DNA of 63,462 nucleotides, filler included, from Olpidium bornovanus S191 (Eukaryota; Fungi; Olpidiomycota): NCBI GenBank assembly GCA_017911155.1. It is 29 parts of 29 records of this genome, joined end to end, with 100 filler letters (N's around TTAATTAATTAA, not from the genome) between each part and the next. Parts side by side here need not be neighbours in the genome. Positions count along the whole stretch, not along the records: positions 1 to 2,074 come from JAEFCI010004471.1; positions 2,175 to 8,818 come from JAEFCI010002001.1; positions 8,919 to 11,044 come from JAEFCI010007334.1; positions 11,145 to 12,706 come from JAEFCI010009114.1; 25 more parts are not named here. The stretch is one strand, 5' to 3'. The position numbers were made by a program, and so were the translations under genes. The notes under the pieces are model-generated. The model was not told where the DNA came from and ran no database searches. It saw nothing but the letters and a program-made list of their open reading frames with translations. Of this stretch, positions 1-11,212 are shown piece by piece. Within the stretch, counting starts at the first letter, position 1. Each line of letters starts with the position of its first letter.

Positions 1-1
1 G

Positions 2-358
2 TGTGTTACATTATCATCCACTGAAGCAGAGCTGGTTGCCGCATCCACCGCCACTCAAGAAATTGTCTGGCTGCGCACTTTGCTGACCGCGATAGAGGGA
101 AACCAGCCTCCCACTCGTCTTTATGTAGACAATCCAGGCACAGTCGAGCTCGCAACAAACAGCAAGAAAATTGGACACCACTCAAAGCACATCGATGTGA
201 GATATTTTTTGTCCGCAAACAAGTCCAGATGGTATTGTTCAAGTTCTTTCCATCAGCACTTCGGCGAATGTCGCCGATGTCTTTACAAAAGGCTTTCCCC
301 GCATCCAATTTGTACAGTGTGTTGCCGACCTTTCTCTTTCTCCTGTACCTTTTCATTG
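2..358 (+). mobile_element. Ty1/copia pol C-terminus (RNase H), frameshifted
   Basis: Frame 2 reads CVTLSSTEAELVAASTATQEIVWLRTLL...LYVDNPGTVELATN...SKHIDVRYF. After a frameshift it continues DGIVQVLSISTSANVADVFTKGFPRIQF. These are the classic copia RNase H motifs (STEAE, DN, KHID, N-AD-TK). A PPT-like ACGGGGCGG follows at about 490-500. Confidence 0.92.
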
Positions 359-544
359 ATATTTGTTGCGTTATTTGTCCTTCAATTTCTTATTTCAGCG
401 TATTTACAATGAGGAGGAGTTTTAAATTATGTTTCTGTTCTTGCCTCACTCTTTTCTTCCCTCCTTCCTTCCTGCTTTACTTCTTTTTAACACGGGGCGG
501 TTAGCGCCATAATATAACGCGTGCACGCGCACCACAAAAACCCT

Positions 545-1904
545 CAAATGAGGTATCTGGAACGACGGCGTGTGTAGTGATTCGTGCAGGGTGAGGCTGT
601 TACCTTGTTTAGTGATGACGTTGGCCGTCCCTTCTGTGAGTGCCGGCTCGTTGGTCTGCAACGCCGTCCAAACCCTTTCGGAGCTCGGGTTAGAGATGGT
701 GAACCACCTCCGGTCGGGGATCATGTGACAGGTCGCCCCGCTGTCTATGGTTATGCTGTTTTCCTTTGGATGTACTCGCTTGGGCGGCGCCGTCACTTCC
801 TTCTATGACTCTGGTGGTGCGGACTATGTGCAGTCCCAACCCATCGGCATCCGACTTGGCCTTCCTTTCTACTTCTGTGGTGGCTTGGGCGAAGGTGTCT
901 GCGTCCTTTGATTTGTCCTTCTTGGGCGCACGACACTCCTTGGCTATATGGCCGGTTTTTCCGCAGTTGTAACATATTATTCGGTTTTTTTTTTTTTGGT
1001 GGGGTCTCCAGCAGCGCCGTCTCCGTCTACGCCGGAGGATGCGCCTGCTTTGATTTTGCCGCCGCTCGCGCGAAAATCTCGTCTCGCTGCTTCCTGGACG
1101 GTGATTAGATTGTCCAGGGTCGGGACTATCATGGCGACCTCCGTTCTCCACCCATCAGTCCCGCGTGGAAGTGATATGCCCAGAGCCTCTGGTCCCCGGG
1201 TGTCGGCAGTTGCAGGAATCCCGAGTTAAAAGTCCTTATGTACCTTTCTAAGTCATCTCCGCACCGCTTTGCGTGAGCTTCACGAGGGTGCCTATGATGG
1301 TCTGAGCGTGTTCTTGAGGGTAGAAAGCGCTGCGCAGTTCTTCCTGTAGATCCTCCCAACTTGACCAACGCCTGTGGTCTCCCCTTGGGTGTTCTTTGGC
1401 GTGGCTTAACCACAGCGTGGCCGCGTCGCCGGTCAGTCGGTTGACGGCTAGCGTTAATGCCTCTTTGCTGGTCAGTCGCGCCTGTTCTGCTGCCATTTCA
1501 AGCTTATTGCAGAAAGCCAGAAGCGTGGGCGCGCCACCATCCCCGTTGCCCGTTGGTATGTTTCGCAGCATGGTTCGAGCCAAGGCTTCACTGAGTCCCC
1601 CTGTGTCCTTCACTTGGATGGGGGTAGACTGTTCCCTATATGGCGCCGTGTTTAGGTCATCGTTCAGGAACCTCTCGACACGTTCCCTTTGGGTTCTTTC
1701 AGTCTCTTCGCAGTCGTCATCCCGTAGTTTGTCGTCGTTTGCCTCCTCCTCTTCCTGGAATAGGGCTTCCATGGCCCTGTTGCGCCCTTCGCCGCAGGCA
1801 CAGCGAGCCTTTTCTCGCGCCAACTCTTGGCGCAGCTCCTCCAGTTCCTCAGCATGGCGTTTCTGTTCTTCCTCTCTTCGGTGGCGTACTCTGAGCGCCG
1901 TCAC
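545..1904 (-). mobile_element. Degenerate LTR-retrotransposon gag + CCHC zinc knuckle + copia-type aspartic protease
   Basis: The gag core LTGDAATLW...WSSWEDLQEELRSAFYPQ is in ORF 1248-1904. The knuckle CYNCGKTGHIAKEC is in ORF 690-1151 and the protease ITIDSGATCHMIPDRRWF is in ORF 446-796. The three parts lie in different frames, indicating frameshift decay. Confidence 0.88.
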
Positions 1905-2074
1905 GGAGGTTGGCGTAGCTCCTGGACCGTCTGGAGGCCGTTGCCCCGCGTTCCATGGCTCCCTCGTTTTCGGAAAGTCTCTCGTTTGGGCTCATAACCT
2001 GAAGCGCGGCAGTGGCCGAAGAAGGACGAAGGTGCGGAGACGAGGACGGCGCCTTTTAGAGGGAAGACCGGGAA

Positions 2075-2174
2075 NNNNNNNNNNNNNNNNNNNNNNNNNN
2101 NNNNNNNNNNNNNNNNNNTTAATTAATTAANNNNNNNNNNNNNNNNNNNNNNNNNNNNNNNNNNNNNNNNNNNN
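2075..2174. other. Artificial contig-joining linker (first of 28): 44 N + TTAATTAATTAA (stops in all six frames) + 44 N
   Basis: Identical 100-nt blocks start at 2075, 8819, 11045, 12707, 16478, 19911, 21427, 22746, 24702, 26884, 28242, 30315, 31653, 33213, 35255, 36471, 38506, 40516, 43098, 44500, 46948, 49675, 50957, 53657, 56383, 58021, 60184 and 61523. Confidence 0.99.
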
Positions 2175-4177
2175 CATGAGCCGCAATGGCTTGGACGCGT
2201 TGAGTTTCCGCTGGACCTTAGTGACGAGGTCCGCGAAAACGACGTCTTGCTTACAGGAGACTATCAGGGTCTCACTGTAGTGGCAGTTCACGCGCAGCTG
2301 GAGATAATTGTTTCTAGCAGCACACGCAGGGAGGGCACCCAGGGGTAATATAAGACGCGCAAAAATTTTAAACCGTTGCCGCACCGACCTGCCCCCACTT
2401 TTTCCCCTCCAAAAACCACAATCGAAAACGGTGTGCGGAAATGGCTAGAAAGGAACGTCATTCTGTGAACGCGGATTTACGCACATTGTCACCGCTGACG
2501 GAGAAGTTGAATCCGCGGTGACTGCTTGTTCTGTGGTTCGGGGATTCGATAGTCGGCGGCGTTCGCAGGTACGGGGATGGAATCGCCAACCCGGCGGACG
2601 ACGAGGATGTTCGCTGAATGGTTGACACAGTAATTGGGCTCGCTCGCGATGACGTTCTGCCGTGCGAACCGGCGGCTGAACCCCTGCTAGGGCCCGGTAC
2701 CGGTGCGCTGCCGGTTGAATTGGCCCTGGCGCGTCGGCCACTTCCGTTCGCGGGCATTCTCTGAGAGGCCGTCGAATTGGTCGGTGCTGTCGCAGACCGC
2801 GTGAGCATCAATGCCGAGGCAGACCCGAATCCGGGGCCTGCCGTCACGTTGGCCGCCTGGAGCGTTCGTCGTCAACGCCGTTTTCCGCGAGTGCAAGATT
2901 GCCGGGGGCCAGGGAGTAAGAAGGTGGGGAGAGTGGGAAGGGCAGGTGGTGCGTCGGGCGTTTGTACAGGTCAGCGCGAACCCTTACTCTCCGAAACGAC
3001 AAGCTACGGCCCAGTCGTGCCGAACCTTCCGGACGTACGGCCCTTTGAACCCGATGAACATGTCTGACCTCTCCACGGCGGCAATCAGTACGGGGCTTCC
3101 CAAGTAATCCACCGTGCCCGCGTTTTTGACTTTCTCAGCCGGCGGGCAAAACAAGAGGCCGGAAGGGATGGAGAAGACGGTCAGGTCGTCGACACCCTCT
3201 GCGATGGCCTGGTCGATGACGTCATGTTCCGCACACCGCTTTTCCTTCTGAGCTGAGTACAGGTCGGCCGTGCCGGGCTCATCTTTGCCCATGAACAGGT
3301 GACAGATCCCGCGGTTAAACAACACCTCGCAGTTGAACAACTTGTATGACAAACCCAGCTGCGTGTAGTCTATGATGACGTTCTCTCGCATGTGCTTTTT
3401 TCCGTTATTGTTTTCGTTCGAGTGGGCATGGTGCGCAAAAGCTGCGGATCGTCGGTGTTTGGATATGCACGGAAACGAAATATGCGGTCGGCGGCGGGAC
3501 CCACCTGCAAGGCGTCGTTGAAGTTCTCGATGGCTTTTTCAAACTCCCCCAGCAGGAAATATGAGACGCCCCGTTGAAAGTAGGCGACGGCAAAGTGCTG
3601 GTCTGCTTTCAGCGCATCATCATACGCCTTGATCTATTCGCAGGCGACCACGGAAAGAAAGTGGCGGGCAAAGTCCTGCCGATTACCTGTTGTTCCCCTA
3701 GGGATCAAGGTTCCGGGGGGGTTTTTTTTTTCAGGGGAAGGGTGGCGGGGGGGCTTCTCCCCTGTCCGCGGTACGCTGTGAACTTTACTTTACCGCCGCC
3801 TCATGCTCCTGCAGGTACGCCAGGACAACACCAATGTTGAAGTAGATCCTGGCCGAGTTTGCGATTTGCTGAGGTGTTCCACGGAAAGATGCTAACCGGC
3901 ATTGGCCATTGGCAAGGACTCGTCGTGAAACACACCGACGGCTGAGCAGCCGGCAGCGACCCGCCTTTTTCAGGACCACCCACGTCGAACAAGGCCAGAG
4001 AACGCTCGTAATTTTGAGCGTGAAACGCCACGCAGGCGTCGTTCCAGATCAGCAGTTCCCTCTGCGAACGAAATGCGGGAGCAGGAGGACAAAAGGATGG
4101 GGGAAGTTTTAGGCAAGGATATATTCTGAAACCTCCACCGGGCGGCAAAGCCGAGCCCGACTCACTTTTGTTGACAT
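2175..4177 (-). CDS. noxR: NADPH oxidase regulator NoxR (p67phox-like; TPR + activation region + PB1), 3' truncated
   Basis: GT-AG exons: 4177-4166 MSTK, 4061-3984 RELLIWNDACVAFHAQNYERSLALFD, 3868-3794 QIANSARIYFNIG..., 3633-3505 ...HFAVAYFQRGVSYF..., and 3394 onward HMRENVIIDYTQLGLSYKLFNCEVLFNRG...TVFSIPSGLLF...DYLG. A PB1-like segment LRVNCHYSETLIVS...DLVTKVQRKL lies at about 2175-2310. Confidence 0.93.
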
Positions 4178-4889
4178 AACTGTTTGATTTCCCTTTCCCG
4201 TTGTACTTTGCTGACGGCGGCTTTGCGCAGAGCTGTTGTGGTGTGTGCCGCAGGATCGGGCGGGCGTTCGTTGCGGGGAAGGGGCGGGCGGTTGGGTCTG
4301 GAGCGCACGGTGGTTGCTCGCTGCAGCCGCCGGGGGGAAGGGGGGTGGGCGACGAGACGGCGGAGCGCCAGCGAAATCGGGGAAGGGGAGCGGGGCGGAG
4401 GCGGAGGCGCTAAGAGAGAGAGCGAGTGTGCGTTTGAGCGGGCAGCCGGGGCGGGGAAGGGCGGGGGAGGAAAGAGCCGGTTGGGAAATCCTCGCGGCAC
4501 GCAAACGGAAAACATTTCTCCCAATCAACCAGATGCAAAACCAATTGCTTGGCGACGGCACCAAACCGGGCGACCGACGTCATGAGCCCAAGGGCTCACT
4601 CGCAGTCCGCCAGCCCCGTGGAGAAGCTTTCACATCACAATCGCCGGCGCGGCAACGAGGAGCTTCGCAGCAGCCGACGCGGCAAAGGAGTCTCTTTGCA
4701 ACCGCCGACGCAGCAACGTTGGAGGAGAGAAGCTCCTGCACAGCCGCCAACCCGGCAACCTTGGAGTGGCACGCCCGCACAGCCGCCGGGGGCAGCAACA
4801 ACGGAGAGAGGCCACAGCGTAACCAGTCGGGTTGACCAAAATTTCCGTATCCTCCGCCGGAAAGAAAGGGCGGAACTTAGTGAAGCTCG

Positions 4890-5220
4890 GAACTGAGCCG
4901 GCCAGGCTCTGGTACGATGCTGCGGTTTCGTCGGAGATTAGTGTGCCAACGGCGACGACTCGCGCTGCCGAGTCGAGGCTGGCGTAGTCGGCATACTGTT
5001 GGAAACTGCGCCAGGAAGTTGCGCACGTTATGCGGGCTGCGGTTCCGCTCGGTGAACAGCAGCATTGTCGCGTATGAGTGTTGTGACGGCGCAGGCAAAC
5101 TCTGTCGGTTGGCGAGCGAAGTTTTCTACTGCGCCGGTGGTGGTGTACGCCGCCTGCAGCAACTGGCCTCGCTGAGCGGGTTACCTCTGCGAGGTGGCCC
5201 TCCAGTTGGTGAATTGCCAA
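4890..5220 (-). mobile_element. Degenerate retrotransposon gag fragment
   Basis: Frameshifted VRNFLAQF/QQYADYASLDSAARVVAVGTLISDETAASYQSL resembles the gag capsid segment at 6897-7100 (SFLKKFEKYAELM...MLEDDAIIWYESL). A possible LTR edge TGTTAG sits at 5290. Confidence 0.5.
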
Positions 5221-6089
5221 CTGGTAGTCTGCCTCTGTCTGTAGGACAGTCAGTCCTGCGGATGGGGGCGGTCGGGTCGGCTCGGTCCATGTTAGAGGAA
5301 GGGAAAAGCTACTGCGGACAATTCAAGCCACGCGTCTTGTTATTCACACTGTGCGTTGTCTATGTCACAGTGAACTAGTTACGGGTTATGTCGAAGGAAT
5401 GCCTCAACGCACAAAAGGCTACAATCAGATAGACATCGACAATCGCGCATCGATATCGGGGATGTGTCGGGATGCGCGGGGTGTGTTGAGGTGCGCGAGG
5501 TGTGCGGGTTAGACGGTGGGTTATGATAGAGCATCGATTTCGATTGTAATACTTTGGTATTACGTGACAATGCTTGCTTCGATGCACCCTTCGTAGAGTT
5601 GTCCAAAACAAAACACACCACCGTTCGAAAACAAAACAATAAACAAAAAATGCGGACGCTTCAAACCTGACAGGTTACCAGGTTGCAAATTTGTGTTCTT
5701 ATGAGCTCCTAGTCCAATGAGTTTCAAGTCGTTACAGTAAGGTCGTTCCAGCTCCTGGTTTTTTCTTGGGCTGCCCGTTCTTGCAACTGGCAAGCAGCTT
5801 CCTCCCTTTTGCGCATTCTTCGCAAGGCCTGCGCCTTGCTCCCCACCAGGTTCGGTCAACCTTCAGCATGCACAAGTCTTGAGCACCACCAGATGGCGCC
5901 TGATTACGCTGTGCCCACCTGTAGCATGCCATGTACAGGTTGCAAGCAACACCGAGCTGCTCCCTGTCCTAGTTGCAGGACTCAATGGACATTAGGTGTG
6001 GTGGGATTGGTTTTCTGTTGTGGGAGCAGGAAAGGCGGGTCAAGTGACCGGGAGGGTTTACATGGGGTAAGATTTGAACACGTACATAT

Positions 6090-6568
6090 TTGTCGCATAC
6101 AATGTGTGTGTGCCAGGGCGCGCAGGGCGCCCGCCATCAGAAATCCAAGGTCACGAGACCTTGGCGGCCAGGCGCACTGTGTGCACGCAACACACGCATG
6201 GGGCAGGCCGCCCGCATGGGACGCCCCACACTCAGCAGGTGAGCCAATACAACGGCACACCCGTACACCCTCGGGCACCCACACACCTGCGGGCACACCA
6301 CACACCTGCGGGCACACCACACACGCGGACACGCCGCACTCACGCAAGGGACTCTAACTACGAGCCGTCAACAGGGCACAGGCTACACGCCGACACGCCT
6401 ATAAAAGACCCAGAACCTCGTAGTTCTAGATAGAGCCCCAGAGCCAAAACTCACACATTGATCCCGATCCCGATCCCGTCCTCGAACCACGAGCTAGACT
6501 TCGTCTTTTCCAGATAATTGTCGTCCTGATCCCACCGAAGGTGCATGATAATAAAAGACTTTGTTACA
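6090..6568 (+). repeat. Probable 5' LTR of a Ty3/gypsy element (5' boundary uncertain) with degenerate PBS at 6569-6580
   Basis: Internal tandem CACACACCTGCGGGCACAC repeats, TATAAAA at 6400, (GATCCC)3 and AATAAAA at about 6550. The end is ...TTGTTACA, followed by TAGTAGCAACGC, one change from the TGGTAGC initiator-Met PBS. The gag ATG follows at 6627. Confidence 0.65.
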
Positions 6569-6626
6569 TAGTAGCAACGCTGTGACCTAGAGACACCCCC
6601 GCCTCAAAACCATCCACAAGATTATC

Positions 6627-7640
6627 ATGTCGACAGAAAACCTCCACAGAACACGCGCTAGACGTGCTGTTCCCTCGGGCGTCACGCCCGAAAGCACCAA
6701 GTACTTCTCTGGGTTAGCGGCACGACAATTGGACGCACTGCGCCTGGAAATGACAGCGCAAATAGCAACGATAGCAGCCCAGACTCCAGCCACTCCTCCC
6801 GCCGAACGCGAAAGACCGTTAGAACAAGAGCGCACGGTCGCCAAACTTCTGCGCTCAGCCATGAAGAACTTTACTGGGAAGGACTGATGCCCCCACGTGT
6901 TACACTCCTTCCTCAAAAAGTTCGAAAAGTACGCGGAACTTATGAGGCTGTGCAGACGCGAGAAAGGCATTGCGTTCAGTGCCATGCTCGAGGATGACGC
7001 CATCATATGGTACGAATCTCTGAATCGCCAGTACGAGTGGGAAGAATTCAGCGAAGAATTTCTGCGGAGATTTCGCGATCTGCAAGCAGAAAAGAACGCC
7101 CGCGCCCTGCTGCACAAACTGGAGCAGAAACGTGCCGCCAAAAAGTACACAGAGCAGTTCAAGCGGCTGGCCCCTGTGTCTCTGACCTCACTGAAGCCGA
7201 CAAGCTACAAACATACAAGCGAGGACTGAAGCCCTCCTTGTGACATGACCTCACAGTAATGAATATCAACACATTCAATGATGCAGTCCGTGAAGCGGAG
7301 GAACTTGACGAGATAGCTTATCAAGGGAAGAAGCTATCCGAGGCCGGCACCCCAATAAGATCCGTGACTGTCAAGATAAGGCGTGTACAGGAGAAGCTCA
7401 GAGACCGCAAGGTTCATGCAGCCAATGGAGCTTCAAGAACTGCCGTGCCGTCAGAAGATCAGCGGAAGAAGAAGGCGCGAAGAGCTGCAGGCCAAAGGCC
7501 CTTGTTTCTATTGCAAACACCTCGGCCACTCGTGATCACCTGCCCCTCAAAAAACTAGGAATGGGCACTGCCACCGTCGGCATGTGCCCAACATCCTGTG
7601 ACATGCTGGTGGCTGTCAATGGCCACACTGTGGAAGATCC
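6627..7640 (+). mobile_element. Ty3/gypsy gag with zinc knuckle and start of protease; stops and frameshifts
   Basis: Reads KNFTGKD*...LHSFLKKFEKYAEL...DAIIWYESL...EWEEFSEEFLRRF...LLHKLEQK. The knuckle CFYCKHLGH-x4-C is at about 7502-7545, followed by LVAVNGHTV. Confidence 0.85.
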
Positions 7641-7644
7641 TTTT

Positions 7645-8665
7645 ACACGTCGTGTGAGGTACGGGTACGGGTACAGGTACGGGTACAGGAAGTGGGGGGG
7701 GGTAGGTGGTGGAGGCGGGGAGTAGGAGATACGTGTTTGGCTACAGCACACCCCCCCCTATATTTGGAATTCAGCCATGCAAGTATGGTTCAGGGCAATT
7801 TCGAAAGTCTAAAAGAACGAAGAGCAGCTTGAGCACCAGCTAGGTGTGCAGCAGGTTCCCAAGTATTCTCGGAAGTGTCGAAACCAGCCCACTTGACGAA
7901 GTATTGGCGACGGCCGTGATACATGCGTGTCACAATGATGCGCTCAACTTCATAGGTCGCCGAGTTGTCGTCGATGGCTAGCAGCTCAGGTCGGGTAACA
8001 GCTCGAGCAAGTTGAGTCGCAGTTGGTGGGGTGTATGGTCAAAGTATGGACGTGTGAAAAACGTCGTGTAATCAATGCAATGTCGGTGGAAGCTCCAGGC
8101 AAAATTTGTCATGGTCAATGACCTCGATGACTCGAAAAGGTTCAATGAACTTGGAGCGATATTTTGGACTCAAGTCTGATGCTCGAAACTCGATGCCATC
8201 CCGGTCCAGAAGGACGAGGTCGTTCTTGATAATCGTTTGTTGGCGACGCGGACGATTGTAGAATTTTGCTTGCGCATCCGGTGCTGCAAAGATGTTCTTT
8301 CTGGCGCAAGCCAATAGGATTTTAAGACGGTCGGTGAGCTCTTCAACAGCGGGAACGTGGGACGAACTCTGACTCGGTTGTTCAAGAGCTGTCAGCGAAA
8401 CTCGTTGTCCGAATGTAAGCTCGAATGGAGAAAACCGGTGGTCATATGCGGAGTCGAGTTGTATGCTAGCTCTATCATTGGCAGTTGTTCCAGCCAATCG
8501 ATCGGTGTAGTGCCGAGAGTCGTGTGCAAGGCGGTCTTCACGATATTGACACCGCTTTCTGCTAAACCGCTGGCTTGTTGATGACGAGCAGTAGTCAGGT
8601 GCATTCGAATACCAAGATGCTCTGCAAGAGTCGTCCAGAAATGGCTGTGTTGGGGTTGTTGGGGG
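7645..8665 (-). mobile_element. Chromovirus (Ty3/gypsy) integrase C-terminal half + chromodomain + PPT + start of 3' LTR
   Basis: Integrase: SHFWTTLAEHLGIRMHLTTARHQQASGLAE...DWLEQLPMIELAYNSTPH-TTG-SPFELTFG. GPF-like motif: KFIEPFRVIE...LELPPTLH. Chromodomain at about 7830-7975: YEVERII...RQYFVKWAGFDTSENTWEP. A G8 PPT at 7758-7751 is followed by TGTGCTGTAG with GTACCC repeats. Confidence 0.9.
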
Positions 8666-8990
8666 TGTGTGGAACCTGGACGGAATCCGGGCGAAGCCGG
8701 GGCCCACCCGGACCATAGGTTATTTACCACCCCCGAGGCCAACACAGCCCCGGAGGCCACCGCCCCGGGGCCAACACAGCCCCGAGGGACCCACTGGGTC
8801 CGCCCTGCTACTGCATGGNNNNNNNNNNNNNNNNNNNNNNNNNNNNNNNNNNNNNNNNNNNNTTAATTAATTAANNNNNNNNNNNNNNNNNNNNNNNNNN
8901 NNNNNNNNNNNNNNNNNNAAACCCCCCCCCCCCCTCTCCCCCCCCCCCCCCCCCCCCCGCGCCCCCCCCCCCCCCCCCCCCCCCCCCCGG

Positions 8991-9023
<33 letters not shown>

Positions 9024-9317
9024 AAAAAGACGGGGCCGAGAAAAGAGAAACGAGCGAGAGAGAGAGACAAAAAAAAAAAAGGTGCGCGAGAGAAACAAAA
9101 AAAGTCACGCCGTCCTGAGGGTTTGCCCGTTTACGCTTTTTCTTTTTTTTTTTTCGTCGAGGAAGAAGGAAGGGGGGGGGAGGAAGCGTTTAACCTCACA
9201 ACCGCTGGTTGGGAAGTTTTTTTTTTGGGGGCGCCTTTCCTCTCTCCGCTTACGGGGCGCTTTTTTCTTCCCGCGTCGCTCTTTCTCGCCGGCTTGTGAA
9301 CGGACGCGGGCGCGCGC

Positions 9318-9360
<43 letters not shown>

Positions 9361-9536
9361 CTCTTCTCCTTCGCGTTTTCCGGGCTTCTGAGAAAAGCAC
9401 TTGAGAACTGTTTCCCTGTCGGCAACGTCGGAGGAAACGGGGGGGGGGGGGGGGGGGGGGGTTTCTTTTTTTCTGACCGCCCTCTCCCGTTTTTTCGGAC
9501 TGCAGCGCTCGCGAGGAAGAACCCGAGCCTGAAATC

Positions 9537-11044
9537 ATGTCCCAGGCCGCTGGGCCTCCCGCACCGTGCTGGTCGCCTTTTTCCGGAGGTTTCAACGTGC
9601 TGCAGGCGACGGACAAGCTTGCCGTGACCGAGCCGCCGCCGGCTCGCGACGGCAACCCCGGCGGCGCGATCGGGGCTTCCGAGAAGCAGCTTTTCGCGGA
9701 GCCCGACGTTCCGCAGTCGCTACCGGCGGAGCAGACCGCGAGCTTGGCGACCGGCGCCGGCGCCGGAGCCTCTCACACCCCGCCGCCTTCGCCTCCCGAT
9801 GCGGCGGCGGCGGACGCACCGAAGGACGCCGCGGTCGGGCTGGTTGGCGTGCGCGGCGTCGGCGGTCCCGGCTCGCGCGTCGAACGGCTGCGCGCTTTGG
9901 AGGCCGACGCCTGGCACTCGTGGACGCGTCCCGGCTCCCCGTTGGCCAACCAGGTGGAACTCGCGTCCACGATGGCGTTGACGTCGACCGCGGCGGCGGC
10001 GGCGGCGGCGCACGGCGCGGACGTCCTCGTAAAGACCGCGGCCCAGTCCCACCAGGTGCACGCGCTCGCCTCGAGCGCCGGCTTCGCGTCGTCTTCTCCT
10101 CCCTTCGGGCCGTCTACCGCCGCACCCTCTTCCAACGTGACCCTCCCGGGCGGTTCCCCCGCGGGCGCTGCGTGCTGGGCCCCGCACAGGGAAGACGATC
10201 CCCTCGCCGCCGCCGGTCGGCCGAGGTCCGGCAGCGTGGACTCGTCCTTCCTCGGCCGCTACCAGCTGTACTATATGAACCAGCTCCACCAGAACCGCGG
10301 GTTCGCCCCCGACGTCTCTACCGCGGCGGCCCTGCTGTCCAATTCCGGCATTCTCGCCAACGGATCCGTGCATCTCAACGGCAAAGTCGCCTCCGTCAGC
10401 GGGGCCTTCAACGGCGCTTCGCCGTCAGCCGGCTGCTCGTGCAACTGCGCCTGCGCCGCCTTCTCGAGCGCTCCGCAGACGACCGAGCTGCTCGTGACCC
10501 CTCCGTCGTCACCCTTCAGCTACTTCTCGTCCAAGGCGGTGTTCGGCGACAACGACCGCCACCTCGGCACGGGGATCGCCACGCCCCCGACCCCCAAGCG
10601 CCGCCTGTCGGCCCCGTGCGTTTTCCCGGCCGGCGGTGTCGCGCCGCGCCCCGAGCTGGCCCGCCACCGGTTTCAGCAGTCGACGCTCTTCGGCGTGGAG
10701 GAGGCCGGCGTCGCGGGCGACGTCGGCTTTGCCGCCGCCGCCGCCTCCTCGTTTCCCGGCCAGTCCCACGCGCCCGCCGTGCGGTCCTTCTCCGGCGACA
10801 CGGGCTCGCGACAGCTCTTCCAGTACCCCGAGATGTACTGCCCCGGGTTGGCCCAGGTTTCGCACGCCGGGGAGGAGGCGGAGGACGGCCTCACCGAGGC
10901 CGACAGGCAGCATCTCGTCAGGGACATGTTTGAATCGTACTTCAGCGACAGGAGGATATGGGGCCTGATCCAGAATTTGTCGAGCAGGGCGATATCTCAC
11001 TCCGGCTGTGAGTTGTGGCAGATCCGCTTCCGGATGCAGTTGGC
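9537..11044 (+). CDS. Hypothetical protein: long Ala/Ser/Pro-rich N-terminus, start of a globular domain at the piece end
   Basis: About 500 codons open with strong GC3 bias. The last ~60 aa (RQHLVRDMFESYFSDRRIWGLIQNLS...HSGCELWQIRFRMQL) look folded. I do not recognise the family. Confidence 0.7.
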
Positions 11045-11146
11045 NNNNNNNNNNNNNNNNNNNNNNNNNNNNNNNNNNNNNNNNNNNNTTAATTAATTAA
11101 NNNNNNNNNNNNNNNNNNNNNNNNNNNNNNNNNNNNNNNNNNNNCC

Positions 11147-11212
11147 ATGGAGCCCCGGGAGCGCGCGGACGAGAAGATCGCGCGCCTGCTGCAGGAGAGC
11201 GGGTTCCTATGA
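11147..11212 (+). CDS. Probable 3' end of an unidentified gene
   Basis: MEPRERADEKIARLLQESGFL* at the piece start, with coding-like composition. Confidence 0.3.
   Translation: MEPRERADEKIARLLQESGFL

Noticed and set aside
7650-7700. GGGTAC repeats as a hAT-derived MITE like 13640-13750
   Set aside because: They lie just past the chromovirus PPT and are better explained as LTR U3; no terminal inverted repeats.
9566-10933. Long overlapping or antisense ORFs over GC-rich genes (also 56629-57759, 39354-40388 as a single ORF, 52067-52762)
   Set aside because: Arg/Gly/Pro-rich shadows expected from high GC3, with no independent motifs.
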